Of a DNA stretch of 64,000 nt, positions 10,746-25,326 are shown one piece after another. The stretch comes from Eledone cirrhosa (lineage: Eukaryota), in assembly GCA_964016885.1 (NCBI GenBank), contig OZ024740.1:235476001-235540000 (forward strand). Reading direction: 5' to 3'. Each line of letters starts with the position of its first letter. The first letter of the stretch is position 1. The translations under genes and the position numbers were made by a program. Under the pieces are notes generated by a model, which was not told the DNA's origin, did no database searches, and saw only the letters and a list, made by a program, of their open reading frames with translations.

Positions 10746-13655
10746 GTCGATATGTAACACAAACTTTGTGTCGATATGTCGATATGTAACACAAACTTTA
10801 AAAAACCCGATATGTCGATATGTAACACAAACTTTGTGTCGATATGTCGATATGTCGACATGTCGATATGTAACACAAACTTTAAAAAACCCGACAACCA
10901 CCTGATCACCTATAGATCAGGGGAGCACTCTAGTCAGTTAGATTTTATCCTCATCAGAGGACGTGACAGATGGACGGTCGTAAACACAAAAGCCTTCCCT
11001 AGTGAGGAATGTACATCCCAACATAGCTTAGTTGTCAGCGACCTCACGGTCAGAACTAGACGAGCCCTGAAACAGAGGCCAACCTGGAGAAGAAAGATCT
11101 GGAAGCTGAAAGTCCCCTCAACCAGTAACAGATTTAAAGATATTTTACTCAACGCCTACGACAGTAAAGAAGAACAGATAGAGACATTTAACGTAGAAGA
11201 GAACTGGGAGTTCCTAAAAAATAACTTACTAGAGGCGACGGATGAGGTTTGTGGCTGGAGTAAGACCTCAAGCAGGAGGAGAGTGACTTGGTGGTGGAAC
11301 AATAAGGTAGATGAAGCAGTCAAGGCTAAGAGACAGGCATGGAAAGAATGGAAGAACGGGGGGAGCAGGGTACATTACATAGAGACCAAGAGGGAAGCTA
11401 GGCGACAAGTATACTTAGCTAGGAGGGAAGCAGAGGATAGAAAATTCAAGCATGTTTTACAACGTGAGGACCAGAAACAGGAGGTATTCAAGATTGCGAG
11501 GCAGTGTGTCAGAGATAGTTGTGATGTCATTGGAGAGAAGTGTATCCGGAATGATAAAGGTGAGCTTGCCCTCACAAGTGCTGAGAAGAAAGATGCATGG
11601 AAGAGTCATTATGATAGATTACTAAATGAGGAGAATGCATGGGAAGAAGAGACCCTACCCCACGTAGACCCTATAGAGGGACCAGCAGTACAAGTCAGCG
11701 GCAGCGTAGTAAGAAAGGCAATCAGAGATATGAAGATAGGGAAGGCAACCGGTCCATCGGGTATAGCTGCCGAGATGAAGGTATCTGGGTCTGTAGGTCA
11801 CACTATAACCACACGTATCGTTAACCAGGTAATACTAGAGGGGGCCATACCAAAAGATTGGTGCAGTAGCATCATTGTCAACTGCTACAAAGGTAAAGGC
11901 GATGCACTAGATAGAGGAAACTATAGAGGTATAAAGTTGATGGACCAGGTCATGAAAGTAACAGAAAGAGTTATAGCACAGCTGATTAGGGACCGGGTGA
12001 ATATAGACGAGATGCAATTTGGGTTTGTACCAGGGAAAGGCACCACTGATGCCCTCTTCCTTGTGAGGCAATTACAGGAAAAGTACCTAGCTAAAAGTAA
12101 GCCACTCTACTTGGCATTTGTCGACCTTGAGAAAGCCTTTGACAGAGTTCCACGTGCAGTAATCTGGTGGGCTCTTAGAAAACTAGGAGTAGATGAATGG
12201 CTTGTGAAAGCGGTACAAGCCATGTATAGGGGAGCAGTCAGCAAAGTTAGGATTGGCAATGAGTATAGCGAGGAATTTAGCGTACAGGTTGGGGTCCACC
12301 AGGGCTCTGTTCTTAGCCCTCTCCTGTTCATCATAGTCCTGCAGGCAATAACGGAGGAGTTTAAGACCGGATGCCCATGGGAACTCCTGTATGCTGATGA
12401 CCTCGCACTCATAGCTGAATCTATGGTAGAACTAGAGAATAAATTCCAAACCTGGAAGCAGGGACTAGAGAGAAAGGGCCTCAAAGTCAACATGACAAAG
12501 ACTAAGGTCCTTATAAGTAGACGAGAAAACAGAACCCAGATCCCCTCAGGGAAATGGCCTTGCTCAGTATGTAGGAAAGGTGTAGGTAGGAACTCCATTC
12601 TCTGCCCCAAATGCAAACAATGGGTACACAAGAGATGTAGCGGGATCTCAGGAAGCTTAATTAAGAATGTAGGATTCACATGCAGCAGCTGTGCTGAAAC
12701 AGCAAGCAAACAGCCACAGGAAACAAGTACCACCAATCTCTGGGAGGGCCCTGTAGAAACAGTAGACAGCTTCTGCTACCTAGGTGACCGAATTAGCAAC
12801 GGAGGTGGGTGCTCAGAAAGTACAATAACTAGGGTAAGAACGGGATGGAAGAAGTTTAGGGAACTACTACCACTGCTAGCTGCAAAAGGCTTCTCCCTCA
12901 GAATGAAAGGCAGACTGTATGATGCGTGTATCCGAACAGCGATGTTGCATGGTAGTGAGACCTGGGCGCTGAAGGTGGAAGACTTACGTAGATTAGAGAG
13001 AAACGAAGCCTGCATGCTCCGATGGATGTGTAACAGTAATATACGTGAACGACAAAGCATAAAGGAATTGAGAGAGAGACTGAGCATAAGAGGAATCAAA
13101 TGCTGCGTGCAGGAGAGGCGGTTACGCTGGTATGGACATGTGATGCGTATGAAGGATGACAGCTGCATAAAAAGGTGCAGAGCACTAGAAGTTGATGGAA
13201 ACCGCGGAGTGGGGAGACCCAAGATGACTTGGGATGAGGTGATAAAAGCCGACCTTACCCAACTACACCTCTCAAAGTCAATGACACACGACCGTGACTT
13301 CTGGCGTCACGCAGTAATACAGGGTACCCGACCTCCCATGGGTACATGCTGAAGCATATAAACAATATGCCCCCCCCCACCGCAAGGTGGTCGTGGAGGT
13401 GCCACGGCAAAAAAGCACCCAGCCCACACTGTAAAGTGGACGTGTAGGCGCCACGAAAAAGCACCCAGCACTCACTGTAAATGAGGTTGGTGTTAGGAAG
13501 GGCATCCAGCTGTAGAAATCAAGCCAGATCAGTTCCTGTATGAGCAAGGCATGGTCAGCCGACCAGACACTGCCCACAACAGGACAACCCGTCTAACCCA
13601 TGCTAGCGTGGAAGAACGGACGTAAAACGGTGATGATGATGATGATGATGATGAT
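10746..13655 (+). mobile_element. 5'-truncated RTE-clade LINE (subfamily 1), recent copy
   Basis: Uninterrupted ORF, ~300-bp 3' UTR, (GAT)n tail, TA tracts on both sides. Confidence 0.92.
10860..13352 (+). CDS. RTE ORF: C-terminal part of APE endonuclease, RT and inserted PHD finger
   Basis: CNTNF...TYRSG...SQLDFILIR...SQHSLVV (APE end); [37 protein letters not shown]; RLRWYGHV...GRPKMTW. Confidence 0.92.
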   Translation: MSICNTNFKKPDNHLITYRSGEHSSQLDFILIRGRDRWTVVNTKAFPSEECTSQHSLVVSDLTVRTRRALKQRPTWRRKIWKLKVPSTSNRFKDILLNAYDSKEEQIETFNVEENWEFLKNNLLEATDEVCGWSKTSSRRRVTWWWNNKVDEAVKAKRQAWKEWKNGGSRVHYIETKREARRQVYLARREAEDRKFKHVLQREDQKQEVFKIARQCVRDSCDVIGEKCIRNDKGELALTSAEKKDAWKSHYDRLLNEENAWEEETLPHVDPIEGPAVQVSGSVVRKAIRDMKIGKATGPSGIAAEMKVSGSVGHTITTRIVNQVILEGAIPKDWCSSIIVNCYKGKGDALDRGNYRGIKLMDQVMKVTERVIAQLIRDRVNIDEMQFGFVPGKGTTDALFLVRQLQEKYLAKSKPLYLAFVDLEKAFDRVPRAVIWWALRKLGVDEWLVKAVQAMYRGAVSKVRIGNEYSEEFSVQVGVHQGSVLSPLLFIIVLQAITEEFKTGCPWELLYADDLALIAESMVELENKFQTWKQGLERKGLKVNMTKTKVLISRRENRTQIPSGKWPCSVCRKGVGRNSILCPKCKQWVHKRCSGISGSLIKNVGFTCSSCAETASKQPQETSTTNLWEGPVETVDSFCYLGDRISNGGGCSESTITRVRTGWKKFRELLPLLAAKGFSLRMKGRLYDACIRTAMLHGSETWALKVEDLRRLERNEACMLRWMCNSNIRERQSIKELRERLSIRGIKCCVQERRLRWYGHVMRMKDDSCIKRCRALEVDGNRGVGRPKMTWDEVIKADLTQLHLSKSMTHDRDFWRHAVIQGTRPPMGTC

Positions 13656-13758
13656 ATATATATATGTATATATATATATGTATATATATATATGTATATA
13701 TATGTATGTATATATATATATGTATATATGTATATATATATATGTATATATATATATG

Positions 13759-13805
<47 letters not shown>

Positions 13806-13856
13806 GTATATATGTATATATATATATGTATATATATATATGTATATATATATATG

Positions 13857-13961
<105 letters not shown>

Positions 13962-13970
13962 GTATATATG

Positions 13971-14002
<32 letters not shown>

Positions 14003-14023
14003 TGTATATGTATATATATATAT

Positions 14024-14475
14024 CACACTTACACCTCTCCAAGACAATGTCACTGGACCGAGACCTTTGGCGGTACTCAGTAACAGAGAAGACCCGCCTT
14101 GCCAGTAGGCATCTCTAACAAAATACACCCCGTCCCGCCACCACCCCCACCCCATCCACACCACCCCGTTCTATGTAAAGTTATGTTGGTGCCGCGCCAT
14201 CCAGGCCGAAACAAATGAGATCGTGTAGGTGTCACGACAAAAAAACACACAGTCCACGCTGTAATGTGGCCGTGTAGGCAACACGGTAAAAACGTCCCAG
14301 ACCCACACTGTAAATGTGGTTGGTGTTAGGAAGGGCATCCAACTGTAGAAAACCTGCCAGACAGTCCTATGCGAGCAAGACAATCACTCTTGCCTCAAGT
14401 GGGACTACCCCCGTCCAAACCCATGCAAGCGTGGAACACGGACGTTAAACGTTGATGATGATGATATATATATAC

Positions 14476-14552
<77 letters not shown>

Positions 14553-14563
14553 CATATATATAC

Positions 14564-14632
<69 letters not shown>

Positions 14633-14675
14633 CATATATATATGTACATATATATATATATATACATATATATAC

Positions 14676-14724
<49 letters not shown>

Positions 14725-14743
14725 CATATATATATACATATAC

Positions 14744-14780
<37 letters not shown>

Positions 14781-15007
14781 CACATATATATATACACATA
14801 TATATGTAGGCAACGCGGTAAAAACCTCCCAGACCCACACTGTAAATGTGGTTGGTGTTAGGAAGGGCATCCAACTGTAGAAAACCTGCCAGACAGTCCT
14901 ATGCGAGCAAGACAATCACTCTTGCCTCAAGTGGGACTACCCCCGTCCAAACCCATGCAAGCGTGGAACACGGACGTTAAACGTTGATGATGATGATATA
15001 TATATAC

Positions 15008-15082
<75 letters not shown>

Positions 15083-15093
15083 CATATATATAC

Positions 15094-15162
<69 letters not shown>

Positions 15163-15205
15163 CATATATATATGTACATATATATATATATATACATATA
15201 TATAC

Positions 15206-15254
<49 letters not shown>

Positions 15255-15273
15255 CATATATATATACATATAC

Positions 15274-15310
<37 letters not shown>

Positions 15311-15535
15311 CACATATATATATACACATATATATGTAGGCAACACGGTAAAAACCTCCCAGACCCACACTGTAAATGTGGTTGGTGTTAGGAAGGGCAT
15401 CCAACTGTAGAAAACCTGCCAGACAGTCCTATGCGAGCAAGACAATCACTCTTGCCTCAAGTGGGAATACCCCCGTCCAAACCCATGCAAGCGTGGAACA
15501 CGGACGTTAAACGTTGATGATGATGATGATGATGA
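14024..15535 (+). mobile_element. RTE subfamily 2, 3' end followed by two tandem re-duplications of its last ~190 bp with TA tract
   Basis: 14024-14465, then 14805-14998 and 15335-15535 repeat the 3' UTR end; period ~530 bp. Confidence 0.85.
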
Positions 15536-15704
<169 letters not shown>

Positions 15705-15713
15705 GTATATATA

Positions 15714-15976
<263 letters not shown>

Positions 15977-16015
15977 GTATATATATATATATATGTATAT
16001 ATATGTATATATATG

Positions 16016-16050
<35 letters not shown>

Positions 16051-16071
16051 GTATATATATGTATATATATG

Positions 16072-16105
<34 letters not shown>

Positions 16106-16163
16106 TGTATATATATATATTTGTATATATATATATATATTTGTATATATATATATATATTTG

Positions 16164-16236
<73 letters not shown>

Positions 16237-16248
16237 TTGTATATATAT

Positions 16249-17192
16249 ATCCAGCAGGATCTGGATGCCATATACAGATGGGCGGAAGAAAACAACATGC
16301 AGTTTAATGCTGGCAAATTCCAAGCCCTACAATACAAACCTGCAAACACAAACACAAATATAGCGGAACACAGCTACACAGGACCAGGAGGGACCGATAT
16401 CCCCGTGTCAAAATCGATACGAGACCTGGGCATAGACATGAGCGATGATGCATCTTTTTCTTCACACATCATGAAGGTGGCGACAGCATGTAGACGATTC
16501 GCTGGCTGGATCTTGAGGACTTTCCTTACAAGAGATCGAGACACCATGTTGACACTGTGGAGGACTTTTGTCCTAAGCCGCCTGGACTACTGCTCCCAGC
16601 TGTGGTCACCCCATAGTGTCAAACTAACCACAGAGCTTGAGGCAATCCAGCGAAGCTACACCAAGAGGATTGCCAAGATAAGGGAGACAAGCTACTGGGA
16701 GAGGCTGAAGGAACTGAACCTCTACTCCTTGGAGCGAAGACGGGAGAGATACGCAGTGATCTACATGTGGAAAATCCTGGAGGGACTAGCACCAAACTTT
16801 GGCATTGGGAGCTGGACCAACCGTCGAACAGGACGTCACTGTGTGGTGCCAAAGGTCCCGTCTTCCACATCTAGAATAAGGAGCAGGTATTGCAATAGCC
16901 TGGGATTCAAGGGCCCTCAACTCTTCAACAGGCTGCCGAGGCATCTGCGAGACTTGCATGACGTGGAGGTGGATGTCTTTAAGAAACATCTCGACACCTT
17001 GTTATCCAGGATCCCGGATGAGCCCACAGCAAGACACGAGGGAAACCTAAGGGCAGCAGCAACAAACTCCCTCCTACACCAGTGGCCAACCTATACAGGC
17101 TGGAGATAAAATGTGTAGCAACAAGGGCGGTGCCCCAGCATGGCCTCAGCCGGATGGCTGAAACAGGTAAAAGAGTAAAAGAGTAAAAGAGT
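16249..17192 (+). mobile_element. 5'-truncated CR1-group (Zenon-like) LINE: RT C-terminus and tail
   Basis: [22 protein letters not shown]...RDLG...[10 protein letters not shown]...[19 protein letters not shown]...LFNRLP; open frame to 17109; (GTAAAAGA)3 tail. Confidence 0.88.
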
Positions 17193-17203
17193 ATATATAT
17201 TTG

Positions 17204-17294
<91 letters not shown>

Positions 17295-17297
17295 GTG

Positions 17298-17439
<142 letters not shown>

Positions 17440-17474
17440 TATACATACATATATATATATACACATATATATAC

Positions 17475-17575
<101 letters not shown>

Positions 17576-17576
17576 C

Positions 17577-17825
<249 letters not shown>

Positions 17826-17893
17826 ATATAAAGATAGATATATATACATATACATATATATATATATAAAGATATATATATATATACATATAC

Positions 17894-17956
<63 letters not shown>

Positions 17957-18176
17957 GTCACACTTATGCTAAAACATTCCCTCACTCAACACACACGTGC
18001 ACATGCAGTCATATTCACACAGATGCAGTAACACAGATACATGTACAATAATAGAGGCACATGTCCATAATAATGCACACACACACACTGTAATAGAGAC
18101 ACAAGTACACACTAACACTCACTTACATTCAGTATATTACACCTCAACCACACATGCACACACATTAATACATTCC

Positions 18177-18223
<47 letters not shown>

Positions 18224-18319
18224 GAACTGAGAACGTGCAGTATGATGTAGACATTAGTGCAGCTGTAAATTAAGTATGCATCATATGTGCCAAATATCGA
18301 CACTCACAAGTCACATGCA

Positions 18320-19200
18320 CAACTGTAGAGCCACAACACTGTACAGATGCATTACTGTACACCAGCACTAATGTACAGATGCATGACTATACAGATGCAC
18401 TACTGTATGGTGCACTACTGTACAGATGCACTACTGTACAAATGCACTACTGTACAGATGCACTACTGAACAGATGCACCACTGTACAGATGCACTAATG
18501 TACAAATGCACTATTGCATAGCTGCACTACTGTATTATTGCATTGCCATATAGATGCACTGTTGCATAGCTACATTATTGTACACATGAATTACTATATA
18601 GCTACATTACTGTACAGATGTATTACAATACAGCTGCATCACTGTGCTGCTGCACAGCCAAGCAGCTGCATTGCTTTGCAGCTTTATTATTGAGCAACTA
18701 CAGTATTTGCAGCTACACTACCATATAGTTGCACCACTGTACATCTGCACTATTGCACAACTACATCACTGTACATCTGTATTGTATAGCTATGCTATTG
18801 TACAGCTGCATTATTGCACAATTACACCTCTTTGCATATGTATTATTGTATAGATATGCTATTGTACAGCTGCATTATTGCACAATTACACCACTGTGCA
18901 TATGTATTATTGTATAGATATGCTACTGCATAGCCGCATTATTGCACAACTACACTACTGTACATCTGTATTATTGTATAGCTATGCTACTGTACAGCTT
19001 CACCATTGCAAGGTGCAGTACTGTTTAGCTGCACCTCCGTACAGCTACATTACATATCAGCTGCACTACAGTTCACCGATGCAAATTGTACAGTTTCACT
19101 ATTGTGCTCTGTACTGTTGTAATACACTAGTTTACTGCTATAGCTCTGTGCTACTGCACCACCATGCAGCTATATTACTGCACTGTTGCAATAGTGTACC
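18320..19200 (+). repeat. Degenerate ~16-bp minisatellite (GATGCACTACTGTACA)
   Basis: Clean units around 18390-18520 that decay progressively downstream. Confidence 0.75.
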
Positions 19201-19354
19201 TTGCGCTCTTGTACTTCTGGTGCAGCTGCATAAGTATGTGTTATGTATGTGTGTGTGTGTTTGTGTGTGCATGTGTTGTAACTGATTTGTGAGGTGCAGG
19301 AAAGTTGGTATGTAAACATGTGATAGATTATTCCCCATATTATTGATCTAAGTA

Positions 19355-19519
19355 GAGGGTTGGATTATGCTTTAGCATAGTTACGTCCCTTTACGATCTG
19401 AGTTCAATTCCCGCCGAGGTTAACTTTGCCTTTCATCCTTACGGGGTCGATAAAATAAAGTACCAGTAATGTACTGGGATAATTGCTGGCCTTGTGCCAA
19501 AAAGTAGAAACAATTATTG
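19355..19519 (+). mobile_element. SINE family 1, 5'-deleted
   Basis: Core and tail present; TSD attattgatctaagtaga (about 19338-19356 / 19512-19530). Confidence 0.75.
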
Positions 19520-19710
19520 ATCTAAGTAGAAATTGAGACAATTTAGACAAAGCAGGATTTGAACTCCGTAACATCATGTAACAGGTTATGGTGCTGCACC
19601 ACTGAACCATAATTCTACCTAGGAATGATGCAGAAGTGTATTTTCTCCCAGACTACAATATGGCAATTGCATAGAGCAAATTAATCACTTGTCAACACCT
19701 CACTAGAATA

Positions 19711-20730
19711 TGGATTTGACATCTGGTATCTTTTTAACATCCGTGTGGCACTCACTACATTATCAAGTTGTGGTTTTGACATCTGGTATCTTGTCAACAT
19801 CTGTGTGGCACTCACTACATTATCAAGTTATTGTTTTGACATCTGGTATCTTGTCAACATCTGTGTTGCACTCACTACATTATCAAGTTATTGTTTTGAC
19901 ATCTGGTATCTTGTCAACATCTGTGTTGCACTCACTACATTATCAAGTTATTGTTTTGACATCTGGTATCTTGTCAACATCTGTGTTGCACTCACTACAT
20001 TATCAAGTTATTGTTTTGACATCTGGTATCTTGTCAACATCTGTGTGGCACTCACTACATTATCAAGTTATTGTTTTGACATCTGGTATCTTGTCAACAT
20101 CTGTGTGGCACTCACTACATTATCAAGTTATTGTTTTGACATCTGGTATCTTGTCAACATCTGTGTTACACTCACTACATTATCAAGTTATTGTTTTGAC
20201 ATCTGGTATCTTGTCAACATCTGTGTGGCACTCACTACATTATCAAGTTGTGATTTTGACATCTGGTATCTTGTCAACATTTGTGTGGCACTCACTACAT
20301 TATCAAGTTGTGGTTTTGACATCTGGTATCTTGTCAACATCTGTGTAGCACTCACTACATTATCAAGTTGTGGTTTTGACATCTGGTATCTTGTTAACAT
20401 CTGTGTGGCACTCACTACATTATCAAGTTGTGGTTTTGACATCTGGTATCTTGTCAACATCTGTGTGGCACTCACTACATTATCAAGTTATTGTTTTGAC
20501 ATCTGGTATCTTGTCAACATCTGTGTGGCACTCACTACATTATCAAGTTGTGGGTCTGACATCTGGTATCTTTTCAACATATGTGTAGTACTCACTACAT
20601 TAAGTTGTGGGTGTAACATCTGGCATCTTGTCAACATCTGTGTAGTACTCACTACACTAGAAAGCTGTGGTTTTGACATCTGGTATGTTGTCAACATGTG
20701 TGGCACTCTGTACATTATCAAGTTGTGGGT
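19711..20730 (+). repeat. 60-bp tandem minisatellite, ~17 units
   Basis: Unit ctgtgtggcactcactacattatcaagtt(a/g)t(t/g)gttttgacatctggtatcttgtcaacat; edge units diverged. Confidence 0.95.
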
Positions 20731-21149
20731 GTATTACTCATCTCTTCTTGGATAACATGTGAAACCTATATGTGTATCATAAGTACAACAGATGTGACAG
20801 CATTATGTCTTTACTGATAATAGATGTGATTTCATTGTATCACTATAATCACCTGTTGATTGTGGCAATATTGTATTACAATAATCACATGTCACACTCA
20901 TGTGTCACTGCAGTCAACAGGTGTGACAAAATTGTAACACCAAAATCAACTGTGTGACATGCATGTGACATCATTGTGCCAGCACAATCAACAGTATGAC
21001 ATGCATGTAACACTACTGTGTCACCATATTTAACTGTTTGATATCAGATACAGTTGTATCATTAGTAGTCCCCAATATTATATCTTCATGTTTTATGGTA
21101 TCAGTTTCTATAAGATTGATAAAAGAACCATGATTGTCATCAGCAGCAC

Positions 21150-23990
21150 CTTCATCCATACTAATATTATTGATAAATTCCAACCATGATAATGCATCAG
21201 CATGTGATATTTGATATCGCTTTATTTGAGATTCCTCTTAACCAAATATTGTCATTTGTAAAGCCTATCTCAAAATAAATGCAGATGTTACTTTCAATAA
21301 ACCACAATTGTGGCTAAAAATAAATTCTTGTGCTTTTATTATCCAAGTTCAATAAAAATTTTTGGTCAAGCAGAAAATGCTGCATTTTTTGAGTACGCCA
21401 TTAAAAATTGTTAAGGTTTCTATGCTTTCAAAATAACCATCTATCTCCATTGCAATATTTGAGTACCTCATTTCAGTATAGTACCAGATAGATATCTTGT
21501 GAAAGTATTCCTCATATATTCTTTTCATTTTCATCAGTTGTTAAAGTAAAACCTTTCATGGGATCAGAGCAAACTGGCTTTATATCTTCAAATGGGTTTT
21601 ATTGAAATAGGACACCATCTTTACAAAATGATGGAAGCATTGATATGCGGTCTAAATAATAATCGATATATCTCCATAGAAATTAAGAAGTCCTATACAA
21701 AAATTTAATTTTTTTTTTATCTTTGTTTGTTTTAGTGATCTGGTGATATTCCCTTCTTTTCCAATTTATATTGCTCTAACACAACTCGATTGATCACCAT
21801 GCCTGATAGCTCCAACCTTTTTATGATCTCATCACTATCAATAGTTTTAACATCAATACATATATCATCTTGATAAATAATAACATTATCAATGTTGTTT
21901 CTAACATGTTCAATTGCTCCCTGAAACATAGTGTTCGTTGTTTTAATTGCATTTGGAAGACATGTCTATCTAAAAGACCCATTGTGTATTTATCATTGTA
22001 ACATCTCTTGCTTCAGTACACATTTCTATCTGATGATTTGCCATTTTAAAATTCAATTTAGCAAATTAATTCCGATCAGAAACAGAATGGAATATTGATT
22101 CAGTGTTTAGAGTTGGATAAGAATCTGAACAAATTCTTTCATTCATACCTACTGTAGAGTTTCCACATATTTTGAGATCACCATTACACAACCACTAAAG
22201 AAGAGGACAATTTTCTCCTACCAAAAAGAACTTTTACTAAAAAACCTTCATTAATTAGTTTCAAAAGTTTCATTATAATTCATAATTTAATGTGTATTGG
22301 GAATGATTTTGTCTCAGAATAACATGTTATGAGACTCTCTTAAAGAAAAATTAAAACATCTTAAACTTCCAAATGTTGAACAATCAACATTCATCACAAC
22401 CATACCAGACAATTGATGAACTTTTTATTCTTACATTCAGCAACAATAACACTCACAACATCTATCCTTTTATCAGTTCCTGTTGATGCATCAAACATAT
22501 GCACACTGTCATTAAGTCTTTCCATGAAATCGCTTTTGAACTTCTGAAATATAGTTACTGGATTACTAATGCTAACATGCATTTTAACATTAACATTATT
22601 GAGTTTCATGTTGGTCATTCTAATATGATAATTTCAAAAATAATAGCAGAATCTTCATTTTCAATTTAATCAACATTTTATAGTATATTTGCATACTGTA
22701 TGAAAGTGATTTTTCTTACAATTAAAACATGTTTCACCAAATTCCGAGATCCCTGACATTATGCAATAATATAGAAGACTCGACTTGGCACAGGCCGAAG
22801 CTGAAGCATATATACAGTATGCACCACCCCACACCACCCTCCTATACATTTCCCAATTGTAAAGGCTGAAGTATACATCCAGTGAAGCCCCTAGCCCACA
22901 CTGTTAAGTGGTCATGTAGGTGTCATGACAAAAAGTACCCAGTACTCACTGTAAAGTTGTCAGGTAGGTGTCACAACAAAAAGCACCCAGTACTCACTGT
23001 AAATGAGGTTGGCGTTAGGAAGGGCATCCAGCTGTAGAAACCAGGCCAAAATCAATTTTGTATGAGCAAGACATGGTCACCTGACCTGGCAGGACAACTT
23101 TTGTAACCCATACTAGTGTGGAAAAATGGATGTAAAATGGTGATGATGATGTATATTTATACCCACAAAAGTGACATTTACAGTCAGATTTATACTTATT
23201 GCTATCAACATATAACCCTGTGGTATCATCAGGGTCACCCTTACTTTCTTCTGTTTTTTTTTCTTTTGTTTCAATTATTTGAAATTTAGAAATAATTTGG
23301 AGCATTTAGCCTGACTGAGGATACTCAGATAACTGTTATATTTGGGGAGGGTCATGTTGTAATAATATTGCCTGAAATATATAGTAAAACAGACTCATTA
23401 TTTTACTCTATATTGGGATTATCGGTAGAGGGTCGGACGCCATGCTTTCCAGCATAGTTACGTCCCTTTATGATCTGAGTTCAAATCCCACCGAGGTTGA
23501 CTTTGCCTTTCATCCTTACGGGGTCGATAAAATAAAGTACCAGTAATGCACTGGGTGATTGCTGGCCTTGTGCCTAAAGTAGAAACAATTATTTTGCTAT
23601 ATATTTCTGGCAATATTATAACAACATGACCCTCCCCAAATATTTGTTTCAACACTCGATAAATCATTCGCCATCACTCAGATAATTGCATGCCACCTAT
23701 GAGTCTTATTTCAATCACATCCTCATCTGCACTCTGTGCTGCCATTCTAATTTTTTCAAATTCACAAAAACAAGCTAATATAATCTTTGAGAATAACTTT
23801 GAATTGATTCAGTCTGATAAGAATTCAACTAATTTAGCAATTATCAATTTCTTTTGATTATAAATTAATGATTTTATCTCACATCTTATTCTGTTAAAAT
23901 TTAAGATCCTGGGATGTCACCATTACAGAATCTTTTTGTATGGCCGTCATACCTGTTTTGATAAAAACCAATCTGATATATGTTTATAGT
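21150..23990 (-). pseudogene. Decayed Ty3/Gypsy LTR-retrotransposon gag-pol, interrupted by younger insertions
   Basis: Minus-strand remnants: gag CEFEK...EIRLIG (~23700-23850); zinc knuckles CHFCGY (~23160) and CFNCKKNHFHTVC (~22700); RT GDLKICG...DSYP...FAKLNF, IYQDDIC; RNase H RYSNI..E, HADALS. Confidence 0.75.
22890..23151 (+). mobile_element. RTE-type 3' UTR fragment inserted in the Gypsy gag
   Basis: aggaagggcatccagctgtagaaa...(GAT)n; splits the two zinc knuckles. Confidence 0.65.
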
Positions 23991-24178
23991 TATTATTATC
24001 ATAAGGCGGTGGATTGGTAGTATCGGTAGAGGGTCGGACACCATGCTTTGACGCATTCTGCGTTCAAATCCTGCCGAGGTTAACTTTGCCTTTCATCATT
24101 ACGGGGCCGATAAAATAAAGTACCAGTAATACACTGGGTAATTGCTGGCCTTGTGCCAAAAATAGAAACAATTATTAT
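23415..24178 (+). mobile_element. Two SINE family 1 copies (23415-23592 and 24003-24178)
   Basis: Same head, core and tail as 881-1069. Confidence 0.75.
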
Positions 24179-24426
24179 CTAGAAGATTATGGTTGCGACC
24201 ATGCCTTTGTCAAATCTGGATAATGAAAAAAGTTATTAGCGCAGCTCCTGACAACATTGTTGTCTCATTGTGATCATTGTGACCATACAAGACAAAGTTT
24301 ATTGAACAGCAAGTGTTGTTTATTGATGGTATAATGAACCTGGTAAACACTCATTGAAATCCAATAATGTAGTCCCACATTAAAGTGTTTGTGCAAGCAA
24401 AGCTGTAGTTGTATGCAGTCTCTTAC

Positions 24427-24480
24427 CTACAGAATCTCCACTCAACTGAATAGCCAAGCTTTCTGACATTGAATTGGTAT
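24427..24480 (-). CDS. Candidate 54-nt internal exon of an unidentified host gene
   Basis: tttaacacag|ATACC...CTGTAG|gtaagag; open in phase 1 (DTNSMSESLAIQLSGDSV) and phase 2 (YQFNVRKLGYSVEWRFC); unique sequence. Confidence 0.3.
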
Positions 24481-25233
24481 CTGTGTTAAACAGTCTTGAT
24501 CATGTGGCCATTGAGTTGAGTTGCACGATATAAGAAGCATATAAAATGAATGCAGCACTAAAATAATATTAGCATAAACTATTATATCACATATAAATTA
24601 TTAGAAAAAGGAAATGAAAAGATAAAGGATGAAAATAAATAATAATCAAATAAACAAGAAAATGAAACAAAGGACTCTGTAGCAGCTATATAGATTATAG
24701 AGAAAGAGCATGAAGCAATTGTGTTTGCTGTAGTTACATAAATAATGTTACACTGAGCCTTCTCTTAAAGTAATTCATGTTTATAGAAAAACTAGTGAAT
24801 AAATGAATGTAAACCATATTATAGCATGATATTTGGTTAATGAAATTCTAAAAGGTTCTTTCTATATAGAATTACCTGGTATGAAGTAGGACTTAATTAA
24901 AGTAGTAAAACCTGATTGAAAAAAATACATATTATTAGTGGTTTGAGTTTCACCAACAATAAACCATATGCTTCCACATACACATGCACACACAACTCCA
25001 CACATACACAACTCCACACACAACTCCACACATACACAACACTCACATAACACTCACATACAAACGCACATATGCACATGCATCAATTCTGTGAAAACAG
25101 GTCGTTATGAAGCCTTTTTGAGATGGGTTGTAGTGTACAGATCTGTCCAATCACTTATTTACAGAAATCATGCTGCATATATATATAATAGAAAACATGA
25201 GGAAGTTTTGTTTACATATGAAAAATATTTATT

Positions 25234-25326
25234 GTGTATCGACCTGTACGCAGGTTTCGCAGAGGATTGGCTCAAAGTGACCCATAGGAGTTATGGGCCC
25301 GACTTCAGTATTGATCTGCTCCTCAG
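25234..25326 (-). ncRNA. Hammerhead core with long stem II and closed stem III; 5' strand of stem I missing
   Basis: CTGAGGA-GCAGA...TCTGC-GAAA-CCTG-cgta-CAGG-TC-gatacac, in a TA-flanked insert (25188-25385). Confidence 0.6.

Noticed and set aside
19710-20755. 212-aa and 336-aa repeat ORFs, or a CRISPR-like array
   Set aside because: Contiguous 60-bp units with no unique spacers, no cas genes, and a eukaryotic context.
23310-23690. Hammerhead in the tatttggggagggtcat inverted-repeat family (also 7725-7810)
   Set aside because: Repeat and inversion are visible, but the core is too degenerate to call.
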